64,000 bases of DNA from Balanoglossus misakiensis (taxonomy: Eukaryota; Animalia; Hemichordata): the NCBI GenBank assembly GCA_040954595.2, contig CM082594.2, forward strand, positions 1,568,247-1,632,246, given 5' to 3'. The stretch's first letter is position 1; each line of letters opens with the position of its first letter. Below the pieces are notes generated by a model. The model was not told where the DNA came from. It saw only the letters and a list, made by a program, of their open reading frames with translations, and ran no database searches. Below, piece by piece: positions 36,508-47,427 of this stretch. A program made the translations under genes and the position numbers.

Positions 36508-37492
36508 CTGTCTCATCAATTGATGACTTGTTTCATCATGAATTCAGGTTTGAAGGAGCAAAGTTTATCTTCTTTGAGCCCTTTTTTCATGCATTCGTTT
36601 CATATTAAATGCTCTTACAGTCGTTACACAGCTTTTATTCTGCTTGTGGGAAGACAAGATTAAGCATTCACTAAAACATATCCAGTCTCTACCAGAAATT
36701 CCCAAAACCGTGGCATTTTTGTATCAATGTGCCGGTGCTTCTGTAAAATAAAAGTAGGTAATTACGGTACCTATGAATGGAGTGACGAAATGAGATTACA
36801 GATAACAGCTACAGCTACCTGTTAGTATTTTATATCCATGCACATGGCTAGATGCCTGCTGTGTTATATTCAATCTCATTTGTCATTTAGAACCAAAAAA
36901 AGAAACTGCTTCAAAAAAGGCGGATACAAAATTGGTAAAACACTTACAAAAGTTGCTTTCAATAATGTAACAAAAGTTTTCAGCTTTTTTCAAAAAATTT
37001 CTGTTATTATTATATTATTATGTTTAGTAGTCCTAGCCATCATGAATGCAAAATAGGTCCTGTCAAGGTGTGTGTTGCACTGTGTTGGAAAATTGCGTTA
37101 CACTTTGGGGCACATTGACTCTGTTGGAGGGTGAGGTACATCATTGTTGCAATCAGGCTTCCCATTGAAATACACCGGCAACAATGAAGTAAGCAGAACT
37201 ACTACCCCATATGCAACACATTTTCAAGATGGGAACAATGTTCATGTGCAAAAGGTATTCAGAAATCTTCTTACTAATACAGCACTGCTTATAGTGTTAG
37301 CCAAACTGTAAACATGTATACTTCTGTATACTGGAAAAATTGGTTGGAAATACATCAATAAATGCTCTTTCAGGAGATGCATCTTTAGATAGACTAAATA
37401 CCTAAACTCATCATGTGGACAGTTTCTATATATGATGGGAGTTTGAAGCACAATGTAAATTTATTACATTAATATTATACATTTACTTGTTG

Positions 37493-39482
37493 CAAAATGT
37501 CTTCGGACTGAGCGCGATTCCCATTATCAAAACACCGCAAAGCATGCTGGGAAATTTCAGCACTCATTGACCTCTGTTATGGCGGCCAAGAACCCAGCGT
37601 ACGTGGAGAGATTTCAATCCAATTTTTTTCCATGTTTTGAGAGTACTTGACAGATTTCGTTATCTTTGTGAAAATTATTGAAATAAAGCAATAAGAGAAT
37701 CAAAGATGAATTCGGTAGATTTGCGAAAAATAAAAATAAAAGAGTTACCTTTGACCCCTTCTATTTTAGCCTTCAGAGGCATATACCAACTTTGATTTTT
37801 TGTGCCTTTTCATCCAAAGCTTCAATGGACGAGAAAAAACGTGGTATATACTCTATTTCATTAGAACTTTGTTGGAAACTATCGTATATCATGATCAACG
37901 ACTGAATAGAGACTGTGGGACGTCTCCAATTGGTGTTGTTAAATTGGCGATTTTGTAGCAAAATACCGTGATTTTGCCGTGTCGTAGTAAAAAAAATCCA
38001 GACACAAATGTCATACAGAGTGTTTATTTTAATCACTCATCACCTCTTATGCTCGTTTTTTCGTCCAGAACATCTTACCCGTAAATTCCACACTTTCTGA
38101 CAGGGTCTTCCTGGCACACACTGTTTTTGGGTGAAAATGCAGTGATTTGTTTGATTTTTTGTGCCTTTTCATCCAAAGAGTGAAAACTATTCAAACTCGA
38201 ATTTCTGGGGTCATAGATACGTTATTCTTATCATACGAACCTATTTTAGCTAGTGCTAAGCCTCTAAAAAAATATGCAGCCACTCGAAGTGAGGCGTAAA
38301 ACGTAGTTTGTCGATATTTTGGTTATGAATGTTTGTGGGCCTTCAATCAATAATTTATCAGGTACGACCGTCCGCAGTGCCCAAAATACTTACGATACAT
38401 GTTGTTATTTCGTAATCACACCGATCGAACACAGATACCTCGCGTGGATGCATGCACCATGTCGTTTTTCAACGGTTTTGTGAATTTAATACCAATTTCA
38501 AGGGAAGTGCTTGCAGTCATGTATCCCGCAATCAGCCAAAATAAGACTCCAACAGCGAAAAAAGAGACGCATCTGGAACAAACACGCATATTTACTTCCT
38601 CTGACTTCCATAAGAACCGCGATTACATGCAGAATTACCCCACTAGAGCCCATGTGTGTACCCTAATCACATGGGTCAGTCTCTGACACAGAGATATCAA
38701 CGCCCCTTTCATGACGTTCAAGCCTGATGACAGCATCATTGATCAATGGGTGGGTAGATATACTCATAACTGACATGATCTTATATATAAATATTCAGAT
38801 ATTTGTTTACAACAAACTTGGATGTATCGAATAAACTTTGAGCAAAAGCGTGAAGCCTTGCCTTTCTTGGCGGGAGATTGACGCATGTTGTTTACGTTAC
38901 CATGGCGCCATAGAAATAGTAACGCTATTTATCATATCACGTGCACTAAATGACACCCACTGGTTGGCGTATTCAAAAGGTCATAACATTTTGGGGTCAT
39001 CAGTCGGCAGACTGAAAGTCATTGAGAAATTGTTGTTTCTCGTCATTCAATTGAGGTTCATTGCTCAGACAAAGTCGTCTGGGAAACGGCAGGTTTCGCA
39101 GCTTGCTGCATATGCTGAAATATTGCACCAGCACCATTTTAGCAACCACGATCTGTCAAATTTTGGTCAGTTCCATAGGCATCGCCATGCAATTTGCAGT
39201 GCGGGGCTGGTAAATTCAAGTGTTGATGTTTTTTCTGAGTTAATTTTTGTAAAAAAATCACGTCGGTTTTTGGATTTGTCACAGCGAGTAAGGAACTTAA
39301 TGTCAGTTCTTTGTTAAAAGCTAAGCTCGCTGGATTTTTTTCGTGTTGGAGACACTGTGACTTGTAATTTCTGTTTCCGACCGTAATTTTCCGGACACTC
39401 GACAGCGTAGTCAGCCTTTTTGAATACTTAATGAGTGATAATGGACACGCCCACTTTTCGCGCTCAGTCCGAAGACTGTTTG
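37493..39482. mobile_element. Unclassified ~2-kb non-coding TIR element
   Basis: CAAAATGTCTTCGGACTGAGCGCGA ... TCGCGCTCAGTCCGAAGACTGTTTG, flanked by TTG on both sides. Confidence 0.6.
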
Positions 39483-40470
39483 TTGTCATCGTTTCAGCCT
39501 GGACAACTTTGAATCCAGCAGAATTGTATTTGACTTTCAATGTACTAATGTATTTACAGGCTACTTATCAAAAAACAGGTGCTAAGTACTTAAACTGATA
39601 ATTCTATTTTGATGTTACTTAGTTCCTATATTAACATTACTCCTCTGCCTTTACGTACAGTACAGGTGACATATTAATATTAATCCAGGATCTAAGTAAC
39701 ATGGTACTCGTAACTCATCTGGAAATAAAGGTTTCAAACCAACAGGTATTAACATTATTTTGTAACACAAAGTGCAATTAGTTCTACATAGGATAAGTTC
39801 TATAGAGAAATATTGGTATTCACACAGGTGTCATGGAAATCTGAATTGATCAGGATATCAATGTCCTCATTGTTACTAGATACAAAGGATTAATTGATTT
39901 CTGAAATATCTGAAACAAAAATTTAAAGGAAACTTTCTCTCAGAAGGCACTGTTTATTTACGAATAGTATGGCTGCAGACATAGAACATTCATGCCCTGA
40001 AGTCTTGTCCAAGTTCCTGTCATGTCATTTAGCTCTGAGATATTGAAAAATTCAACCTCAGCATGTCATTGCTATCAAAATATAGCATCACTACAATCAA
40101 CAGGTCTGCCCTGCATCTGAAAGCTGTTACACACATGTTGCTGTACAGTCAAGCCCCCGCCAACAGTGCCCTCGTAGGGGAAGGAACCCTGACATGTTTT
40201 CATGTTCAGATATTTCAGAATTAGTCTTTCAATTGGTAGTGTTTGATAAATAGCCCCTAAACTTTTGCATTTGTTGTTTATGTACTTTTAAAGGTTTCAT
40301 TGTTCAATAAAAAACTTGAAAAGAATTCTGTTGTCATGTCATATAACAGTTTTGAAATACTAAGTACCCATGTACATACATATACATGATTTGTTGGCAT
40401 CATGCCTCAATATTTATGTGATTGTGCCCTGCAATGGGGCTAAAATCAAGTTTGGTAAACTGGTTCATTA

Positions 40471-41143
40471 GGCTGCATTCTCAAACACCTCTGGAGGGGG
40501 GGGGGATTTGAAAAAATTGAGGGTATGTAAGGGGGGGATTTGAAATAATTTAGGGACTGAAAGGGGGGGGGACTTGAAAACTTTCACGACTAAATATTTA
40601 TTTGGAGTCCATTCATCAACACCTTTCAATCATTGACTGGTTTATCTAGTGTCCCAGGTCAGGGGACTTGCCCCCACCCCATGATAACTTTGAGCGGTGA
40701 CGGTTAAATTTTTCCTCCCCAACATACCGGTTAGTTGAGTTAATTTGCTTTTGCCGGGTTCATTAAAATGCAGCTTTGAGCTCTGTATTTTATAAAATTT
40801 TCTTACGTGGGAGGGAGACACCCCCTCCCACACCCTTCAATTCTCGGTTTACAATGTCTCCCAACACACAATACAAATGCTTAAAAAATAATAACAATGT
40901 TCAGTTTTAATAACCACTGATTTCAAATTCTTTTCATGGGAGCACTGTTTTCTATTTTACAAGATAGATAGGTGATGTGTTTTGCTCTGTGAAAGAAAAT
41001 GGGGGGGGGGATTTCAAAATTTTGGCAGTTCGGAAGGGGGGGATTTGAAAAATATTTTGGGTTGTGTACGAGAGGCATGTGAAAATTAGCGGTAAAACAA
41101 AATTGAATTCTCCCCCCCTCCAGAGGTGTTTGTGAATGCAGCC
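40471..41143. mobile_element. MITE with GGC termini and TTA TSD (Zator or PIF/Harbinger type)
   Basis: TTA|GGCTGCATTCTCAAACACCTCTGGAGGGGGG ... CCCCCCTCCAGAGGTGTTTGTGAATGCAGCC|TTA. Confidence 0.8.
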
Positions 41144-41974
41144 TTATGCGTTTAGGGTAAGGACTACAAATTACTGAAAAAAAAACAAAAATGTCAATGT
41201 GAAATTGCAAATAAAAACTCCTTCGTAGTTTTGACCTCCAAAAATGAAGTAAAAACAATGGGTCACTTTGCTGCCCAGTAATGTAAATGCTACGTAGGTT
41301 TAACAACACAAACTTAAATTTTTATGTTTCAGTGTTTATGACAAATTAAGCTCTAAAAAGAACTGTCTTATGGTTAGGTTTATGGTGTATTTTGTATGAA
41401 ACTGCTTTGTTTAGTAGAATGACACTTTTTAAACACTTTTTCACTTCAAACTGGCATGTATGTCTCGGGAGTGAATTTTGTACATATTACGCCATTTCGA
41501 TTCTATTCTGACTTATGTTAGGGTTTGAACACAGGTCTCTACCCTCTATTATTCCACAGGGGTACTTCTGCTGACTACCACTCACATGTTGACTATTATT
41601 AACAATCCATTACATGCAGACGTGATGTAACTAGACCTACGACCTAGATTCTTAAAGTGCAAAAACACCCTAGGCAAATTCGTGTTATAGGTGGAAAATA
41701 CCAGGAGTTGGCATGGGCTTACAATTGAAACCCGACAGATTCAAGCTAGTGACTGAAACTGTTAGATTTTCATTATAAACCCACTCCAACTTGTGGTAAT
41801 TCATAGAAAAGAAAACATTGTATACATTCACTAAATTTGGAATTGTCCAGGCAAGTTCATATACATGTACTACATGTGTAATGCGAGTAAATGTATGGCA
41901 TTTTTCATAAAGTCATTTGTACCTGAATGTTTGAATGCAATATTGTTACAAATACATTTGAGATGTTATGTACT

Positions 41975-44900
41975 TCATTCACTCTCCATAAAAGTCTGTA
42001 CTATTTCAACAGTCTGCACATACAAATCAATGCCATTATTTTCTGATTCAGAGAGTGGGTCTACAAATGTACACAGTTGTTCATATTGGTCCTCTGTCAG
42101 GTTTAGAGAAATGTTTGGGACAACAATCTCTTCAGGTTCAGCTGTTGATCCATGCATTGGTGATGGCATTGGTCCATCCCAGTCAACACCATAGTATTCA
42201 AAATCCTACAAGACATAACACAAGAAAGCAGTGTTGCAGCCAGGAATTTTATAACAGGGGACACTGTGTCCCCGCACTATTTATTTTTGGGGACATTTTG
42301 CATATTTTGGGGACAACATAAACCATGGACATACATGTATGTCCATGCATAAACGTACACATACATACACAATGACATACCACATTAAATTGTATAATTT
42401 GATGTTTTTAATAAAACACTCAGACTCCTTGGTCTGTGTCACAATGACCATATACTTTAACCTGCATTTTGTACAAATTGTACAAATCACGTGTTCACAA
42501 CAGTCAAGATCTGATCACTATTGTTCTGATAATTAAAGTCACTGCCGATTACTGTTTATGCGTCTTTGTTTTACTTTTCTGATTTTGATTACATTCAAGA
42601 TCTTTTAAATCTGCTTCATTTCTAAATTTAGAGTTCTAACCAAAATATCAGAAAGATGAATAATCCCCCCTTTTTATACAAATAAGGATGAAAAACATAC
42701 TTGTTGTTGACAAGAATTCTGGCTTTATTCCAAATAACCTGCTCAGCTGGCGGGGTGGAGGAAAAATGACTAATTTAAATTCTTTCAAGTCCTTTATTAT
42801 TTTAGGAGTAAATTTGAGAAAACTTGTTCCCCATTAAAAAAAATCAATAGGGTATTTCTAAAAGCTAGGGAATTCATTCCAAGATCAACTGTTGTCTGGC
42901 TAGGGGTCCTAAAGCATGTAATAAGAATACTCTCAACTCTGTCTTTTTGGAGTCTTATCCAAGAAATTAGCAGTTGAATCTACATTAAAAGTTCAGTGGG
43001 AGGATTTTCAACAAAACTGAGACTGCTGGTACTCATGGACAGAGTTGGTTTCAGAGAAGCAATTGGAGTCACGGTAGTTCACTGCCTGCACAGCTCAGTC
43101 CGATATATAGGCGTGATATCGCAATGTATTACTATTACAATTCCCAAGAGGGTGGCTGCGCGTACGTAAACTGTATCAAATTCAACAATAAACCACAGTC
43201 CCTCGAGGGACTCAAGTTTGCTACAAGTTTGCTATGAAGATGTTATCAGTATCGATTACAGGTCGTAAGGTCATAAACTGTGACAAGTGAATCTCTTTGT
43301 ACGCGTACACCCATCAGTTATCAGGAAACAATGTATGTTAGCGCTGGCTATTTTTTACACTCAGAGTGCGCCCGTGGTGACCCGCAGTATGCCAGAAAGT
43401 GCGCCCGTGGCTTCAGTTTTGGGGACATTGTCGCAAGGGCGCACGCTGGCTGCAACACTGAGAAAGCATTCTTTACATTTCAAATAATATTTTCACAGCT
43501 GTATTTCATTCAAAGGAACCCCAAAGTCAAATTTCACCTTTAATGTGGAGTTGCACAAAAGTTGTGATTTTGCCAAATGTAACTTTTTACATATATCAGT
43601 AGGTCTAATACTGACCCAAATTCTAAATTCCCCCCCCCCCAAAAAATAAAAAAAAATAACACTTTTTGGAAGGAGTGGGCAGCTCCACACGTTTCTTGTT
43701 TACGTACAGAAGCCAATGCACCAGCAAATGTCTGGTTATAAAATAACAAGCCGATGAGGTGCTAATTGATTATCTCATCCCTGATACTTATATAAAGTTC
43801 TACCTGTAGTGTTGGTGAGAAGACTTCTCTGGCAACAGTTCTAGCAGAATTTGATATTTGCAGCAAACCTCTGATCCACAATTGATTTGGGGTCTGATGT
43901 CCAGCTGTTCTTATACCATGGCAATTCTATCCTCCTGTAAATTACTCCAATGCTCTATTTATTCTTGGTAGGTAAACAAACTGCACAGAAAACATATGCA
44001 CTTCATTTGTAGGGTCCAACATCATCTGATCCTCCATGTAATATAGCATATCGTAAAACACAAATATGCAACCAGAGTACATGTCCCTCCAAAGTCTTTC
44101 AATCCTTTGATTGTGCACACTGCTACCTGCAATGTGGCTTCCTCTATTGTACCCTCTTTCTGGATGAGTCAACATGAACCTTGCCACTTCTATATTTTCC
44201 ATACCTTTATCTGATCTGACACGTGCAGGAAGACCATGTGAATCAACTGCATGCTGAAACAGTGACAGGACAGTGTTGGCTTTGTTGTCAGCACTACAGT
44301 GCAGGTACATGATTTTCCTGGAGTATCCATCAATTGCACCATGAATTATTAAACCCCACCTAAAAAGATGAAAAATAAACCATAAAATATAGTATTGCAA
44401 TGATTGGAATAAATATTAAAGAAAACATTAATGCAGGTTTGTAACTCTTGTATTGTATGCAGATTTGAAGCTGTTTTATTACCAAAATTGAGGAAATTAT
44501 GATTGCCCAACAGTAAAAGAGTTTTGTAGTTATCCGACCTGGAGTGCTTAAATTTGTATCATTGACACATTTGTTAGCATACTTTTTGTAGTAAAACCTC
44601 CAATAAAATGCACACCAAGTCCAAGCTGGTATGTCAGATTAGCATATGTAAATATTTTTTGTAGTGGACAGTTAAGTTATACAGACATGAATTAAAAAAA
44701 AAAAAAAAATTGTTTTGTCACACTATAAACAGTCTCACAAATATTACCCTGAAGTCTCACTCTCATCACTGTGCCAGTAAGAGGATAAACACAAAAAAGC
44801 TGACCAATGCGCTATGCATGAAAAGAACATACCTGATGAGTTTGTGGTTCCCATCAATGTGCCAAAGAGCAAGTGGCGAAGATACGTTGAAGGTTCTGCG

Positions 44901-45521
44901 AGGGGTCAAGCGTATTTCCAAGCCCCGCATCAGCACTCCTCGTAGGTCAACTCTGCGTACAGCACTTCTAATTCTGTTCTGCTGGACTCGTAATTTTTTA
45001 TTCAGAAGAAATCCCCCCATTCTCCTGTACCCGCAATTGGGGAAATCGCTGAGAATATCACGAACATGCACATCTAGTTCATCGTCGGTTATCGTACTGT
45101 AGGTATCTCGAACAGATATACTGTAAGAACTGAGCCGGCGTCTTACAGTGCGTTCGCTAATACCTAACATACTAGCAATCTTGCCAGCGCTGAACCCCAT
45201 ACCAACTAAAAACCTCAATTGCTCTTCAGGAATGTAATACGACGGTCGTCCTCTAGTACCTGGTGTTAATACAGCCGGTTGGTAAGACTCGTGCTCGTCA
45301 ACACATAACGTCCGTTGTAGTTCACCCTTGGCTAAGTTGACAACTTCAACGACTCGGCCACTACACAAACCCGCAGCATTCACCTGAACCAGCAACCACA
45401 CTAAACTTTCGCACCTTCGTTCTAGGTCTTCGACTCTCTCTGCTTGAGGCTCACTGTCCAATTCATGGATTATACTGTTTAAAATTGACATCACATGGCC
45501 ACGAACAAATTGGACGTCCAT
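41975..45521 (-). pseudogene. IS3EU-like DDE transposase, 3 exons (45521-44833, 44359-43804, 42205-41975), with two premature stops in exon 2
   Basis: GRPSYYI and HTH (KIASMLGISERTVRRRL); PNCGYRRM; WHIDGNHKLIR|[21 protein letters not shown] and [13 protein letters not shown] (D-D-E); then LE*FTGG*NCHGIRT..TPNQLW and last exon YGVDWDGP. Confidence 0.88.
42229..43460. mobile_element. hAT-like non-autonomous element in transposase intron 2
   Basis: CAGTGTTGCAGCCAG ... CTGGCTGCAACACTG, with AGAAAG on both flanks. Confidence 0.7.
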
Positions 45522-45999
45522 ATTGTCGAAGTTTCAAAACTTTAACTTCCGGGTCACCGTTTCGAGATCGCTATAAGACCCCCTAAGCTCACCCCCAGTA
45601 GACCTGACATACTCTAATCGAAAAGCTGTGCGTTCTCATCGAAAAGCTTTAGCGCTCTGATAGAAAAGCTGGGTGTTCTAATCGAAAAGCTAGGTGCTCT
45701 TATCAATAAGCGGGCGCCCTCATCGTAAAGTGGGGGTGGTAACTCTGATCGAAAAGCTGTGTGCAGTGATGGAAAAGTGAATACTCTGATCGAAAAGAGC
45801 GAATACTCTGATCGGAAAGCTGTGTGCTCTGATGGAAAAGTGAATACTCTGATCGAAAAGCTTCGTTCTCTGATCGAAAAGCTGTGTGCTCTGATGGAAA
45901 AGTGAATACTCTCATCGAAAAGCGCAAATACTCTCATCGAAAAGTGAATACTCTCATCGAAAAGCTGTGTGCTAATTTTGGCATGAATTACACTCCATA

Positions 46000-46600
46000 G
46001 ATTTGGACTGTTGGTTGGTTACCCATTGATTGCTTTACTTACCTGTTAGTCAGGGTGAGTGAATTGTACCTTTTAAACAGACTTACCTGGTTTTGTCTAA
46101 TTTGCTGTTATTTACTGTAATTCTGAATACTTGAAATAGTACTGCACAATGCATATATTATCAGTACATGTCATGATTTATACTATGATGAAGCCATGTT
46201 GACGTTATGTTTACAATTCATCAGTATATTAGCATCTCCCTGATGTTGAGAACTGTATTGTAATTTCATTGATTTACCTGAATATTTTTGTGTATTTATT
46301 TACTTGTGTCTTAGTCGCTGACGCTTAGTCTGACCATGAGTAATGGGGAAATACACTGACACTGCAATCTTTATTTCTTTGCAGGTTCTTTGTTGTTGCG
46401 TAGTTGTTTGGTTGTGGTACTTGTTTTCAAGTCACTTACAGTTTACTATTCAAGTCTCGCTCCTGTCAAAACCACTTATGGTCTATCATTATCCAAATTG
46501 AACCATTGTAATGTGTGACTGCATACGGAAGCTGGAATAAAAGTGCTCATTGGAATTGAACTCTAACCGTGGTGTGCGTGTCCAATGTTCCTGTGTTACA
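46000..46600 (+). repeat. 5' LTR, second part (includes AATAAA, ends TTACA)
   Basis: Matches 57868-58469. Confidence 0.95.
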
Positions 46601-46603
46601 TTT

Positions 46604-46623
46604 TGGCGTAGTCGGCAGGATTC
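46604..46623 (+). promoter_or_regulatory. Primer-binding site complementary to the tRNA-Ser 3' end
   Basis: TGGCGTAGTCGGCAGGATTC is the reverse complement of GAATCCTGCCGACTACGCCA; it lies 3 nt after the LTR. Confidence 0.85.
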
Positions 46624-47427
46624 CAGCAAGACTTCCACAGCAGGACTTCAGCGAGATTTCCAGAGTGGACATCATTAACCCTGACTGTACTGAGAGGATA
46701 AGTGCTGAACATTAAATCCAGTTATGAACTTTTGTTGCCATTATACATAGCTCTGTTATAATTGTGGGATTATTAGGGCAAATTTGTCAGAAGTCTTCTT
46801 TTTCGAATATTCGCCAAGGTCTGAATGTGTATGCACTCTGGGCACCGTACTCCTCACGGGACCTGATAACTCGGGTCAGTGCAACATGTTCACCTTGGGC
46901 TTTTGGATCGCCTTCCAATGGCTGTGATTTGAAACTCGAAGAAATGAAATTCCACTGTCCAGAAATATCAGAGTGATCATACAGATTTCTTTTGATAATG
47001 TCTTACATTTGTATGAAAAGTAGTATTCGCAGCTATGATGGATTGACTTTTCAGTGATCAGTGCATTTGTTGGTGACAAATTTTTTTTACGTACTTTTGA
47101 TGTTGTATATGTCTTCAAATATTAAGGTTGTACTTGCTTAGATTGTCCTGAATGTATTTTGTATAGTTAAAGCTGCACATGCTTCATAATTTTGATGTTG
47201 TGTATGTCTTGTACTATTATTGGTTATATGTACACGAATCTGTATCATTAAGAATGCATATTTTGTTTTGAAGCTTGAATGGGTTTGACACATTTGCATG
47301 GTACATGTATTACTGCTGAAATATTGAGTTGCGCTTTCGTGCTAGCGTTACATACTTGTACATATATACTTACCGGTTACCGAGTCACATTGCTTACATA
47401 CCCTGTTGCCCTGTATTACAAATAAAA

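Larger units (their letters stand above)
30028..45999 (-). mobile_element. IS3EU-like DNA transposon, ~16 kb, inserted in the 5' LTR
   Basis: TIR TATGGAGTGTAATTCATGCCAAAATTAGCACACAGCTTTTCGATGAGAG extends into ~300 bp of short subterminal repeats. 6-bp TSD GATTTG (30022-30027 and 46000-46005); the empty site is visible in the 3' LTR. TAY..RTA ends and a 6-bp TSD match IS3EU. Confidence 0.88.

Noticed and set aside
38399-39540. ORFs of 95-159 aa in the IS3EU spacer as extra cargo genes
   Set aside because: No recognisable motifs; they overlap on opposite strands and lie mostly within a nested non-coding element.
41975-45521. Bacterial IS3/IS481 contamination or recent horizontal transfer
   Set aside because: The gene has GT-AG introns and sits in a TSD-flanked element inside an animal LTR.
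46604-46623. tRNA gene
   Set aside because: Only 20 nt complementary to a tRNA 3' end including CCA, adjacent to the LTR: it is a PBS.
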